Positions 1 to 9,127 of a stretch of 52,875 nt of DNA are shown here, piece by piece; the first letter of the stretch is position 1, and every line of letters starts with the position of its first letter. The DNA lies in the IMG/VR virus record IMGVR_UViG_3300038393_001048, positions 1 through 52,875 of that record. One strand, 5' to 3'. Under the pieces are notes generated by a model. That model was not told where the DNA came from. It did not search any database and worked only from the letters and a program-made list of their open reading frames with translations. The DNA is from a virus (Duplodnaviria > Caudoviricetes). Made by a program: the position numbers and the translations under genes.

Positions 1-2
1 TT

Positions 3-1178
3 CAGTATCCAGTCGCAAGCATCACATGCGTAGCTGGCCCAAGTTTCATTGACAGCGGTAACTTAATCTTCTCCACTCGTTCAAGCGGCTCCTCTCAAAC
101 CGAGAGGATGCGGATTGATCCGAATGGTAGTGTCGGCGTCAACGAGCAATCGCCTGGTGCTCAACTTCAAGTAACGGCCAAGACATCCTCAACCAAGGGG
201 CTGATTGTCAAGGCGGCAGCTTCGGCAACGGCGAACATCCAAGAGTGGCAGGATAGCACAGGTTCATCAATCGGCACCTTCGGAGCAAATGGAGCACTCA
301 TTGCAAAGAGCCTCCAGTGTTCAGGAACGGGCGGACAGTTCTCCGTTGGTCGGCGTGACACTGGTGCTGCCGATTGGGCGATCTATTCGGGTTCTGGCGA
401 TCTCCAGTTCTACAACAGCGGTGATAAGGTCGTCTTCAAGGGGGATGGCAAGGTTGGTATCAATGAGGGAAATCCAGGTGCTCAGCTTCAGGTTGACACT
501 ATGGCGGCGGCAACCAAAGGATTGATTGTTAAAGGATTCACAAGCCAGTCTGCCAACCTCCAAGAGTGGCAGAGTAGTGTTGGTACGGTACTCTCGTATA
601 TCGATGCGGGTGGAGCACTCATAGTTAAAGGAATTCAACTTGGCTCTGCTGGCAACACTGGCATTGGAGATGCATCCAACGGATCAGCCATCGCGTTTAA
701 TGCCGGACTAGTAGGAGTTAACACGGTCTCAGCGGCGGCACAACTTCATGTGGTGGTCTCTTCAGCATCTACAAAGGGGTTGATTGTAAAGGCGGCTGCA
801 AGCCAAACCGCTAACATCTTCGAGGCTCAGGATAGTTCGGCAGCACTACTAGCCGCCGTGTATCCCACTGGCGAAGTCAAGGCCAAAGGCTTAATCACAT
901 CGATCGTATCTAAGACATCAGCTTACACCTTGACAACTTCTGATGATATGGTGATCGCTGATGCGACCTCTGGTGCCTTCACGGTGACCCTGCCGAATGC
1001 GACTACGGTCGGAGATGGCCGCGAGTTCACGGTGAAGAAGATCGATAGCTCGGCGAATGCCGTCACAATCGGGACCACATCCAGTCAGACGATCGATGGG
1101 GCAACCACGAAGGCACTCAGTGCCCAGTGGACGTCCATCACCGTTAAGGCACTTAGCGGAGCCTGGTACATCAAATGA
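3..1178 (+). CDS. Tail fibre-like protein, 5'-truncated by the window edge
   Basis: Frame is open from base 3 (QYPVASITC...TERMRID). Three ~45-aa repeats (GxVG[V/I]N...AQLxV...TKGLIVK...AN[I/L]xExQ). C-terminal domain TLPNATTVGDGREFTVKKIDSSANAVTI...TIDG resembles phage fibre tips. Confidence 0.75.
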   Translation, partial: QYPVASITCVAGPSFIDSGNLIFSTRSSGSSQTERMRIDPNGSVGVNEQSPGAQLQVTAKTSSTKGLIVKAAASATANIQEWQDSTGSSIGTFGANGALIAKSLQCSGTGGQFSVGRRDTGAADWAIYSGSGDLQFYNSGDKVVFKGDGKVGINEGNPGAQLQVDTMAAATKGLIVKGFTSQSANLQEWQSSVGTVLSYIDAGGALIVKGIQLGSAGNTGIGDASNGSAIAFNAGLVGVNTVSAAAQLHVVVSSASTKGLIVKAAASQTANIFEAQDSSAALLAAVYPTGEVKAKGLITSIVSKTSAYTLTTSDDMVIADATSGAFTVTLPNATTVGDGREFTVKKIDSSANAVTIGTTSSQTIDGATTKALSAQWTSITVKALSGAWYIK

Positions 1179-1504
1179 CCTATATACCAGTCACTAGTAG
1201 TAGTGGTGGTCGGCTAGAGGTAGGCGGGCTGGAAGTCTTTCTGGCCTCCACCGACCCCCTCTACATCGTTGTCACCGGCATAGCCAACTTCATGGATATC
1301 TACTTGCCCGCTGCCAATTCTGTGGCGGCGGGTAAGACCTTCATCATCAAGGACGAGAGCGGCAATAATGCGGCCTTCGGCCCAATCAACGTGCGTCGTA
1401 GCGGCTCAGATACAATCGATGGAAATAGCATCGTGACGATTTCCACCGACTATGGATCGCTTACCGTCTATTCCAACGGCTCCAACCAGTGGCTAATACC
1501 ATGA
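1175..1504 (+). CDS. Small fibre-tip domain paralog 1
   Basis: ATGA overlap with the upstream stop. Starts MTYIP; LPAANSVAAGKTFIIKDESGN...GSDTIDG...YSNGSNQW is similar to the fibre C-terminus. Confidence 0.7.
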   Translation: MTYIPVTSSSGGRLEVGGLEVFLASTDPLYIVVTGIANFMDIYLPAANSVAAGKTFIIKDESGNNAAFGPINVRRSGSDTIDGNSIVTISTDYGSLTVYSNGSNQWLIP

Positions 1505-1824
1505 CATATGTGCCAGTAACGGCGGTTAACGATGGACGTCAATCCATCTCGTCCAGTACGACGCTCACCGCCGCCTCTCCGAAGTACATCGGGGTCAACA
1601 CCGTGTCGGCCCCCACCACCGTCACCCTGCCCGCCGCTAGTGCCGTAGCAGCGGGCTTCATCTTCGTCATCAACGATGAGAATGGGGTGGCGGGGACCAA
1701 CGCGATCACAGTGTCGCGGGCGGGCTCGGATACGATCGAGGGGTCCACGACCAAGACGATCAATACGGCCCGTGGCTCCCTTCGAATCTATTCGAACGGC
1801 GTTGACCAATGGTTCCTCATATGA
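1501..1824 (+). CDS. Small fibre-tip domain paralog 2
   Basis: Start moved to the ATGA overlap at 1501 (MTYVP). Motifs LPAASAVAAGFIFVINDENG...GSDTIEG...YSNGVDQW. Confidence 0.7.
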   Translation: MTYVPVTAVNDGRQSISSSTTLTAASPKYIGVNTVSAPTTVTLPAASAVAAGFIFVINDENGVAGTNAITVSRAGSDTIEGSTTKTINTARGSLRIYSNGVDQWFLI

Positions 1825-2138
1825 CATACATACCGGCTACGTCGTCCGGAGGTCGTAAGTTCCTTAATACGGATACCACGCTAACCGCGAGCGACTCCCA
1901 AATCATTGCCTTTGGCACCCGTGCCTTCACGTTAACCATCACGCTGCCCTTGGCAGCCTCCGTGCCGGGCGGCTTCACCTTCTTCTTCAAGGACGAGAAC
2001 GCCCCCAGCATGTATACGAGCATCACGATTCAGGCTCAAGGGAGCGATACGATCCAGGGAGGCTCCTACACCTTCAGCACCAACCTGGAGACCTATCGCG
2101 TCTACTCGAACGGCTCCAACAAATGGTTTATCATATGA
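1821..2138 (+). CDS. Small fibre-tip domain paralog 3
   Basis: Start moved to the ATGA overlap at 1821 (MTYIP). Motifs LPLAASVPGGFTFFFKDEN...GSDTIQG...YSNGSNKW. Confidence 0.7.
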   Translation: MTYIPATSSGGRKFLNTDTTLTASDSQIIAFGTRAFTLTITLPLAASVPGGFTFFFKDENAPSMYTSITIQAQGSDTIQGGSYTFSTNLETYRVYSNGSNKWFII

Positions 2139-2158
2139 GTGAGGGCTTACGCCCTCGC
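2139..2158 (+). terminator. Short GC hairpin after the fibre-tip array (pause, terminator or processing site)
   Basis: GTGAGGGC-TTAC-GCCCTCGC stem-loop directly after the stop. The tail is pyrimidine-rich but has no clean U-tract. Confidence 0.35.
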
Positions 2159-2207
2159 CCACCCTTCCCTTCCCTGCACCGTGGCCGAAGGCCACATGGA
2201 GACTTCA

Positions 2208-2573
2208 ATGTATTTGAGCAGTCCTGAATGGCCCACGAACTTCAGCAAGTCGCAACCCCTCGAAGATGTCCTCGTCTTCATCATCGGCCTGGCCGTCGAC
2301 TTCAACTCGATGTCCGGCACCGTCACGACGGGCGTCTACATGAATGGGGCCTCTGCCCAAGACGGGTCCAACCCGGTGGACACTTGGGTTGTGTCCTGTG
2401 GTCAGATGTTCCAGTTCAAGGATGAGAACAATGAGGATGTCGTTGTCACATTCCCCACCTTGCAGAAGATCATCGAGGACAATGCCGAACACTTCAATGC
2501 CATCAAGACTTATCTCTACGATAAGCTGAAGTGGATGCCAGCCTTCAAGAATTCGACGGTCGTAGCCCCCTAA
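2208..2573 (+). CDS. Hypothetical protein, possibly a fibre assembly chaperone
   Basis: GGAG lies upstream of the ATG at 2208. The function is suggested only by its position after the fibre genes. Confidence 0.5.
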   Translation: MYLSSPEWPTNFSKSQPLEDVLVFIIGLAVDFNSMSGTVTTGVYMNGASAQDGSNPVDTWVVSCGQMFQFKDENNEDVVVTFPTLQKIIEDNAEHFNAIKTYLYDKLKWMPAFKNSTVVAP

Positions 2574-2585
2574 AGGAGTCCACTC

Positions 2586-3713
2586 ATGGCATGGACTGAA
2601 CGGTTCGTAAGAGCCGACGCAGACGGAGCAGGGGACGGCACGACCGATGGTACTGCGTGGACACTGACACAAGCGGTGACGAATGAAGCGGCTGGGATGA
2701 GGATCAATGTGAAGGCTGGCACTTATGCCAGTGCGACGACGGTGAGAACGCTGGCGGCGGTCGGGACGACGACCGCCCCCATCTGGTGGCGGGGCTACAA
2801 CACGACGCCAGGCGACCTTGATACCTCACACGCCCTTTCCCTGCCCCTTCTGACCTTCACGTCGGGACAGGTTACTGTGTCCGGAGCCCACCACATATTG
2901 AGCAACCTGTACATTTCTGGGGCCGTTACCACGTCTGCCCAATTATCTTGGAGTGGAGCACAGGGCACACTCCTTCGGAGTCGGGTGGAGAACACGGGGA
3001 CAAACGCTCTTAGCAGGGCGTTGACGCTCTCTAGTGGCTCCGGTTTCAACTTGCTGGGGTGCTGGCTCTCTGCCAGCCCATCCGCAGCTATAGTAGCCGC
3101 TATGGCGACCGCCAACTTCAATGCAATTGGAACGGTTTTCCACGGCGGCGGTGTTGGTGTGTCGGCTACCAACACTGGTAGTCTTCTCTTCTGCGTCTTT
3201 GATAACAACGGCGGTAATGCGGTGAGTGTCTCCGCAGTCGTCCAGATAATTGGGTGTTCAATCTATTCTCCAGGCGGGAACGGGGTTGAATTCACTTCGC
3301 TGGGTGCGAGTACATCACTGCTTGCCAATAACCTCTTCGTGGAATGTGCGGCGTACGGTGTAAACAACAGTACGGGCACGAACACCAATTTCATCCGCCT
3401 CATGTCCAATGGGTTCTTTGGGAATGTCAGCGGGAACGTCAACGGGATCACTGAGGGGATATCGCTCACAGATAGTATACCTGCCGTACTCCTCAACGTT
3501 CAGCTTGATACGACGCCGTTCACGAACGCCTTGCTCCACGACTTATCCGTGACCTCGGTCGCCAAGGCTTTGGGGTTTCCCGGCACTTTCGAGGGCGAGA
3601 CCTACATCGGCTACATGGATCTAGGAGCAACCCAACGTCGGGAAGTGGGCGATCTTATCGTCTCCCTCCCTCATTCTCCCATCACCGCTCGGGGCTGGGA
3701 ATTCATCGGCTAA
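2586..3713 (+). CDS. Right-handed parallel beta-helix protein (tailspike / pectate-lyase-like fold)
   Basis: AAGGAG RBS. N-terminus GDGT...AWTLTQA...INVKAGTY and C-terminal DLGA are typical of beta-helix proteins; Asn/Gly/Ser ladder (FDNNGGNAV, NNLFVECAAYGV). Confidence 0.65.
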   Translation: MAWTERFVRADADGAGDGTTDGTAWTLTQAVTNEAAGMRINVKAGTYASATTVRTLAAVGTTTAPIWWRGYNTTPGDLDTSHALSLPLLTFTSGQVTVSGAHHILSNLYISGAVTTSAQLSWSGAQGTLLRSRVENTGTNALSRALTLSSGSGFNLLGCWLSASPSAAIVAAMATANFNAIGTVFHGGGVGVSATNTGSLLFCVFDNNGGNAVSVSAVVQIIGCSIYSPGGNGVEFTSLGASTSLLANNLFVECAAYGVNNSTGTNTNFIRLMSNGFFGNVSGNVNGITEGISLTDSIPAVLLNVQLDTTPFTNALLHDLSVTSVAKALGFPGTFEGETYIGYMDLGATQRREVGDLIVSLPHSPITARGWEFIG

Positions 3714-3733
3714 CCATCGAAAGGTAGAATACC

Positions 3734-4192
3734 ATGTCTGCACTCGTTTGTCATGTAAATTCGGGCGAAGTGGCTCTAGTCGCCGCCACCGCAAAGAGCG
3801 TTCTTCAGATCAAGGCCCCTGCCAATCAGCGGGTGCTACTGAAGGCCATCAAATTGTTCGGCAAGCAGCCAGCGGGCGGTACGGACGTTCCCGTCAAGAT
3901 CCGCCTCACGCGATCAACAGCAAACTTCGGCACGTTCAGTTCAGCCACGGCGAACAAGAATAATCCGTCCAACGGGGAGACGATCCAGACGACTTGCGGG
4001 GCCAACGCCTCGGCCGAACCAACCGCTCCAACGGACGGCGGCTTGTGGTGGGAGGTCCAGCCGCAGTCGGGTGTCATCGAATTCTTGCCGCCCGGCCTCG
4101 AAGTTCAGATTCCCGGTGGCCAAGCCATCAATATCGAATGCACATCTCCCGGCACTCCAACCGTGATGGTGACTGCAACATTTGAGGAATAA
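3734..4192 (+). CDS. Putative virion protein (small beta-sandwich)
   Basis: 152-aa beta-rich ORF with RBS inside the structural operon. Confidence 0.5.
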   Translation: MSALVCHVNSGEVALVAATAKSVLQIKAPANQRVLLKAIKLFGKQPAGGTDVPVKIRLTRSTANFGTFSSATANKNNPSNGETIQTTCGANASAEPTAPTDGGLWWEVQPQSGVIEFLPPGLEVQIPGGQAINIECTSPGTPTVMVTATFEE

Positions 4193-4194
4193 TC

Positions 4195-4767
4195 ATGATG
4201 CCGATTGTCGCGGTACGGCCACGATCACCGCTAGTCGGCTCACCGTTTAGCCCACAGCCGAGTCGGCTACCCTTAGGTGTCATAGTGGCGGGCGGAAACA
4301 ATGAGCAATCATTTCCGTCCCAGCCCACTGTGCTACAGGTGCCGACTTGGTTAAGTCGGCTACCGATCAACATTATTGTTGCGGGCGGGAACCCTGAGCG
4401 GTCGTCGATAGCACAACCGACTGTATTGCCATTGCCGCCTCGGCTGTTTACTAACCCGATACCTGTCAATGTGGTGAGCGGCGGGAGCTTTGAGATATAC
4501 CCGCCGACGCAACCAACGATTTTGGGGATACCGACACAACGCCTCCATTCTCTCCCTATCGGGGTGATGGTGGCTGGCGGAAATTTCGAGCAACTACTAC
4601 AACAGCCCGTAGTGTTGCCGCATCCCTTCAGGCCAGCCACCCCACAAATACCGGGCGATGGTATCCTCATCTTTGTTGGTACTTTGATGGTGACTATGTC
4701 CGTGACGAATCGTTTGATGGTCACATCAAGGATAACAGCAACCCAAAAGGTCACGACACTCTTATAA
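4195..4767 (+). CDS. Pro-rich repeat protein, putative virion component
   Basis: Four ~31-aa repeats (LPxxxxVAGGNxE....QPTVL). Starts 2 nt after the upstream stop. Confidence 0.55.
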   Translation: MMPIVAVRPRSPLVGSPFSPQPSRLPLGVIVAGGNNEQSFPSQPTVLQVPTWLSRLPINIIVAGGNPERSSIAQPTVLPLPPRLFTNPIPVNVVSGGSFEIYPPTQPTILGIPTQRLHSLPIGVMVAGGNFEQLLQQPVVLPHPFRPATPQIPGDGILIFVGTLMVTMSVTNRLMVTSRITATQKVTTLL

Positions 4768-4780
4768 CTGAGGCTCAGAT

Positions 4781-5098
4781 ATGGCTATCTCACAAGTACA
4801 ACAAAATGACGTCGGTGTGATCTTCAGGCTGACGATCATCGACCAAGATGAGGTCGTTGTAGATCTATCGGAAGCCACAGTCATGAGATTCATCTTCCAG
4901 AAGCCCGATGGGACGCTACTCACAGGTAACGCCACCAGAATGACTGACGGGAAAGATGGGGTAATCGAGTACGTGGCACTGGCGGGCGACCTAGCACTTA
5001 CGGGGACGTGGCGATACCAAGGCTACGTCGAAGTCGCAGGTTCCGTCCTATATACGACCGTAGGCAAGTTCAAGGTCGTCCAGAACCTACCAATCTAA
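4781..5098 (+). CDS. BppU N-terminal-like (baseplate upper / fibre attachment) protein
   Basis: NDVG..FRLTI.D....VDLSEAT..FIF.KPDG...DG.IEY....GDL...GTW pattern matches my recollection of BppU_N/DUF2479. Confidence 0.7.
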   Translation: MAISQVQQNDVGVIFRLTIIDQDEVVVDLSEATVMRFIFQKPDGTLLTGNATRMTDGKDGVIEYVALAGDLALTGTWRYQGYVEVAGSVLYTTVGKFKVVQNLPI

Positions 5099-5109
5099 AG
5101 GAGAGCGTC

Positions 5110-5709
5110 ATGGCATGGGACGAAGAGATGGTCCTTATCGTTCGCGGTCTGATCAACGATTTTGAAGATCCGGATACGGGCGATGCCCCGACTTATTCGG
5201 ACGATCGACTCGCCCAGGCCATACTCATCGCCGGGCAAAGTGTGAAGACGAGGGTCCCCTTCCCGATCAACTTCGTGATCAACATTGTCAATGGGACGAT
5301 CACGCCCGACCCCACCATCCGTGGGGTCTCTCGGGATGAGAACTTCATCAACCTGACCACATTGAAGACCGCATGTATGCTCGTCAGTGGCGAGATCAGG
5401 CAGTATACGGGGCAGGGAATCTCCATCAGGGACGGCTCCTCGGCCATCTCCCTGTCGAGGAACCCGGCAGCCCTCAAGCTCATGAAAGATTCGTACTGTG
5501 ATGAGTATGAGAATGCCCTCTACATGTTCGTCACGAGCGGCGGCTACGCCTCGGTGGGCGAAGCCATCGTGGGCCCAGTGAAAGCCTGGTACATGGGCGG
5601 CTGTGGAGCGTACGACCAGATGGACTGGGGCACGGGCTACAATCCTCCACGCATTGGTCGTGAGGGGAATGGCGGCGGTCCCGGCTGGTGGGGAGGAGGT
5701 TGCTGCTAA
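5110..5709 (+). CDS. Putative head-tail adaptor / neck protein
   Basis: AAGGAG RBS before ATG 5110. VRGLIND....TYSDDRL N-terminus resembles head-tail connectors; gene order fits. Confidence 0.5.
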   Translation: MAWDEEMVLIVRGLINDFEDPDTGDAPTYSDDRLAQAILIAGQSVKTRVPFPINFVINIVNGTITPDPTIRGVSRDENFINLTTLKTACMLVSGEIRQYTGQGISIRDGSSAISLSRNPAALKLMKDSYCDEYENALYMFVTSGGYASVGEAIVGPVKAWYMGGCGAYDQMDWGTGYNPPRIGREGNGGGPGWWGGGCC

Positions 5710-6239
5710 TGGCAAAGTTATTCACCATCACGCCTGCTATTCGTAGGCTGGCCAGGGACGCCAACGACACGATGATCGAGCAATTGGGGAAAGAGTGCCT
5801 GTTGGCCTTCGAGCCCACAGCCCTTCCCTGCCCCAATTGTATTTACGATCCCATCATCAAGGCGTCTACCGGCATCTACAATGGGACGGGGACGACACCA
5901 TTCAGTCATCCGCCCTGCCCGGTCTGCAAGGGGGCCGGTGTCCTGAAGCCCACGGGCGACTTGTTCACCGAGAACATCTTCCTGATCGACTGGCAGCCCA
6001 AGCCCTGGCTCTTCGTGGACACGACCCAGATCAAGGTCCCGCAGGGCATCGTGCAAACCAAAGGTTTCATCACCGACATGGCCGAGGTCATCGAGGCCAA
6101 GTACATCATCATTGACCATCTGAATACCAACTTCAGGGACAACCGTTTTGTCTTGTGGGGGGAGCCGATCCCTCAGGGGAACATTGTTCCTGGCCGCTAC
6201 TTCATCGCGTTCTGGACGAGATTGGGTGCGGCCCAGTGA
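5709..6239 (+). CDS. Putative head-closure / neck protein with Zn-ribbon
   Basis: TAATG overlap. CPNC...CPVCKGAG cysteine pairs; located in the neck region. Confidence 0.5.
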   Translation: MAKLFTITPAIRRLARDANDTMIEQLGKECLLAFEPTALPCPNCIYDPIIKASTGIYNGTGTTPFSHPPCPVCKGAGVLKPTGDLFTENIFLIDWQPKPWLFVDTTQIKVPQGIVQTKGFITDMAEVIEAKYIIIDHLNTNFRDNRFVLWGEPIPQGNIVPGRYFIAFWTRLGAAQ

Positions 6240-6892
6240 ACATCTCCTTCAACATTACCGATTCGTATGGCGACATCGAGAAGAAGATACTCGCACTCTT
6301 TCGTGACCGCATCAACGATGCCTTTCGGCGGGCTACGCCAGCCATCAAGAAGAGGATACAGGGGGTGTGCGATTCCCTGATCAAGGGGAGTGATGAGTAC
6401 GATTCGTTACGAAGTGGCCGGTTGCTAGGCGAACTCGGTATTCCCGACGTGGAGAGTCGGCTCCAATCGATCCTCTCTACGATCAGGAAGAATGTCGCCG
6501 TGACGACGACGCCAGTCAGGATCGCGGGCAACAAATTGAAGGGAGGTATGAATGTGGGCATCCTCAAGGATTCCTTCGATGATATTCTGGGGCTGCCCGC
6601 CTCCTCCTACATCTCGAACGGCCGCTACCTCATCCCCTGGCTCAAATGGCTCTTGATCGACGGGGACCAGATCCTCATCTACACGCACGAGGTCACCTTC
6701 GACCTGAATGCGGCACAGCAGGCCAGGTCACGCACGGGAATGGCCCTCATGCGTCCAGGAGAGGGCTGGCGGGTCCCGCCCCAGTATTCGGGCACGATCG
6801 AGGACAATCTGCTCACACGGGCGTTTAGCGGCCCTGCCGTGGGCGACATGTTGGCCAACATCATCCAAGAAGAAATACGGAGGAGAGTGTAA
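6236..6892 (+). CDS. Putative neck / tail-completion protein
   Basis: GTGA overlap start at 6236. Contains IPWLKWLL and SRTGMALM..G..WRVPPQYSGT; the call rests on gene order. Confidence 0.45.
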   Translation: MNISFNITDSYGDIEKKILALFRDRINDAFRRATPAIKKRIQGVCDSLIKGSDEYDSLRSGRLLGELGIPDVESRLQSILSTIRKNVAVTTTPVRIAGNKLKGGMNVGILKDSFDDILGLPASSYISNGRYLIPWLKWLLIDGDQILIYTHEVTFDLNAAQQARSRTGMALMRPGEGWRVPPQYSGTIEDNLLTRAFSGPAVGDMLANIIQEEIRRRV

Positions 6893-6893
6893 G

Positions 6894-7829
6894 GTGCCAC
6901 TACTAGGGGTAAGCTCCATCAATGATAAGCTGCTGACGGAGGCTCTAGTCGAGAATGTAAAGGAGTATTTCGACTGGAATCTGCTGGAAGTAGGGGGGTT
7001 CGGAAATGTTGGGCTGACGCCCCTGGTCGACGTCACGTCGACCTCGGAGGATAAGCTCCACATGATCCACTCGCAGGGCCTTGTTGATGGCCGAGCGTGG
7101 GAGACGAATCGGTCCAACTGGGTCTGGGAGACGGGCGTTCCAGGCGATACACCGCCCATCAATTCGAGTGGTGTATATGTCAATGGAACTTTCTATCCGA
7201 CAGCAACGACAACAGGACAGTATAAGCACTACGTGAACTTTCCGGAAGGGAGGGTCGTCTTCGACGCCCCTATTGCCCCGACATCCATTGTCCAGGCGGA
7301 ATACGCATACCGTTGGGCCACCTTCTATGATCAAAGTGTGCCCTGGTTCAAGGACGTAGTGTTCGACGCATTTCTCATCGACCAACAGCCGATGGGATCA
7401 GGTTTCGTCAATCTACTGAACGACAATGACATCCGGCTTCCCGCCGTGATCGTCGAGCCCGTGATGCGGAGGGAGCAGGAAGGCTACCAGTTGGGTTCAA
7501 GAGCGAAATGGGTCCGACAAGACGTCCTCTTCCACATCATCGCGGAGCGATCAGTAGATCGCAATAACCTGATGGATGCGATCACCTTGCAGAAGGACAA
7601 CAGCTTCGCACTTTACGACGTGAATGCGAGGAGGAGGGCGAATGACTTCGCTCTGGACTGGAGGGGGTCGCCGCGAAGCGGTGCCACCATGTATCCAGGG
7701 TTGATCGACGCATATCGTTGGAACACATGCACGTTTACTCGTATGGAAGGCCAAGAAGTTACCCTGAAGCTGCCCCTCTTCCGTGGAGTTGTACGCTCCT
7801 CGTTGGAAGTGGTTTACGCATCAATGTAA
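6894..7829 (+). CDS. Putative tail terminator protein
   Basis: GTG start after GGAGGAG. RLPAVIVE...GYQLGS....QDVLFHIIAE....RN.L.D pattern, located just before the tail tube. Confidence 0.5.
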   Translation: MPLLGVSSINDKLLTEALVENVKEYFDWNLLEVGGFGNVGLTPLVDVTSTSEDKLHMIHSQGLVDGRAWETNRSNWVWETGVPGDTPPINSSGVYVNGTFYPTATTTGQYKHYVNFPEGRVVFDAPIAPTSIVQAEYAYRWATFYDQSVPWFKDVVFDAFLIDQQPMGSGFVNLLNDNDIRLPAVIVEPVMRREQEGYQLGSRAKWVRQDVLFHIIAERSVDRNNLMDAITLQKDNSFALYDVNARRRANDFALDWRGSPRSGATMYPGLIDAYRWNTCTFTRMEGQEVTLKLPLFRGVVRSSLEVVYASM

Positions 7830-7853
7830 CTTCGATCTGATTCTCTTCTGTTA

Positions 7854-7946
7854 GGTGTATTTTACCTAAGACATAGCTCCTGTAGGTGATAAGCCACGGG
7901 AAAGAAGAGCATCACCATCAGGGTAGACGTAAATCCTTACAGGGAG
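7854..7946 (+). promoter_or_regulatory. Candidate late promoter (GGTGTAT) and structured 5' leader of the tail tube gene
   Basis: GGTGTAT at 7854-7860 recurs at 27350 in another intergenic gap. Inverted repeats GGTGAT/ATCACC and CTCCTGTA/TACAGGGAG, the latter covering the RBS. Confidence 0.45.
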
Positions 7947-7953
7947 TACAGTA

Positions 7954-9060
7954 ATGGCCAATAAGCGGATCTTTTACGCCATCCACCAGGTCGGTTTCGC
8001 CCTCGATGGCACAACGACCTTCATCGCGGCCCACGGCGTGCAGTCAGTCGGTATCACGACTAACTTCAACCTCGAACAGGTGTTCGAGTTGGGTCAGCTA
8101 TCCATTTACCAGAATATCGAGAACATTCCAGACATCGAAGTGACGATGGAGAAGGTTCTCGACGGATATCCTCTCCTCTACCACCTGGCAACCAATGGTT
8201 CCACGAGCGGGACCCTCACGGGACGCTCCAATGTGAAGACGACGGTCGGCCTCTCGATCTTCGCCGACACCTTCGAGTCCGCATCGGGTGCTCCAATCGC
8301 CGAAGTGCGTATGAGCGGCATGTTCGTGTCCTCGCTCTCCTACACCTTCCCTGTCGACGGAAGCTGCACCGAGTCGGTCACTTTGGTGGGCAACTCGAAG
8401 CTGTGGGTCGACGTTGAGGGTGGTGGTACAGCGGCCTTCTCCGGTGCCTTCAACAACAATGACTTGCCGTACGCGATCAACGGGTCGGGCGGCGTTCAGC
8501 AACGATACAACGTCATGTTCACGCCTGCTACGGGTCCTGGCACACCGCCAGCCCCAGCCCTGGATGCGAACGGTATGACGAATCAGTGGATGACGGTCCT
8601 CCCGACCGACATCTTCGGTGTCACAAGCTCGGGTACGAACCCAACCGCAGCCGATGGCACCCTCACGGTGCCGGTTCAGTCGATCACGATCTCGGCCGAC
8701 CTTGGCCGCGAGCAGATCTTCGAACTCGGACGCAAGTCCCCTTACTTCCGCTACATCACCTTCCCGGTTGAAGTGCGGACGGAAATCGAAGTCCTGGCTT
8801 GCAAGTGGGACGGCATCTCCGCTACCGAAGCCGGTGGCAACAACGGTGCCCCTGCTGGCTCCAACCTGAAGAACCAGACCATCCGCGTTCGCATGATGGA
8901 CGGCACGATGGTCGACGTCGGCACGAAGAACAAGCTCTCTTCGGTCGCTTACAATGGTGGCGATGCCGGTGGTGGTGGTGGAAACGTAACTAACCGATAC
9001 TCATACATCACCTATAACGACTTGCTCGTCACTCACCCGATGGACCCGAGTGGCTTGTAA
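7954..9060 (+). CDS. Major tail tube protein
   Basis: Strong codon bias, own leader and downstream hairpin. Internally duplicated motif (GVQSVGITTNFNLEQVFELGQ / PVQSITISADLGREQIFELGR). Lies upstream of chaperone-like genes and the TMP. Confidence 0.7.
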   Translation: MANKRIFYAIHQVGFALDGTTTFIAAHGVQSVGITTNFNLEQVFELGQLSIYQNIENIPDIEVTMEKVLDGYPLLYHLATNGSTSGTLTGRSNVKTTVGLSIFADTFESASGAPIAEVRMSGMFVSSLSYTFPVDGSCTESVTLVGNSKLWVDVEGGGTAAFSGAFNNNDLPYAINGSGGVQQRYNVMFTPATGPGTPPAPALDANGMTNQWMTVLPTDIFGVTSSGTNPTAADGTLTVPVQSITISADLGREQIFELGRKSPYFRYITFPVEVRTEIEVLACKWDGISATEAGGNNGAPAGSNLKNQTIRVRMMDGTMVDVGTKNKLSSVAYNGGDAGGGGGNVTNRYSYITYNDLLVTHPMDPSGL

Positions 9061-9067
9061 TCAAATG

Positions 9068-9106
9068 GTGGGGAGGGGGAATGGATGCCCCCTCCCTCAC
9101 TCTCTC
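9068..9106 (+). terminator. Hairpin downstream of the tail tube gene, probable terminator/attenuator
   Basis: GGGAGGGGG-AATGGATG-CCCCCTCCC stem followed by pyrimidines. Confidence 0.55.
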
Positions 9107-9127
9107 AATGGACCATAGGACGGATCG

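Noticed and set aside
1175-2138. Diversity-generating retroelement or invertible shufflon at the fibre tips
   Set aside because: No reverse transcriptase, no near-identical TR/VR pair and no invertase; all copies are in direct orientation and well diverged.
5008-6893. Long N-terminal extensions in the ORF track (5008, 6155, 6708; also 33316, 38078, 30294, 28438)
   Set aside because: They overlap upstream genes extensively; downstream starts with an RBS or stop-start overlap fit better.
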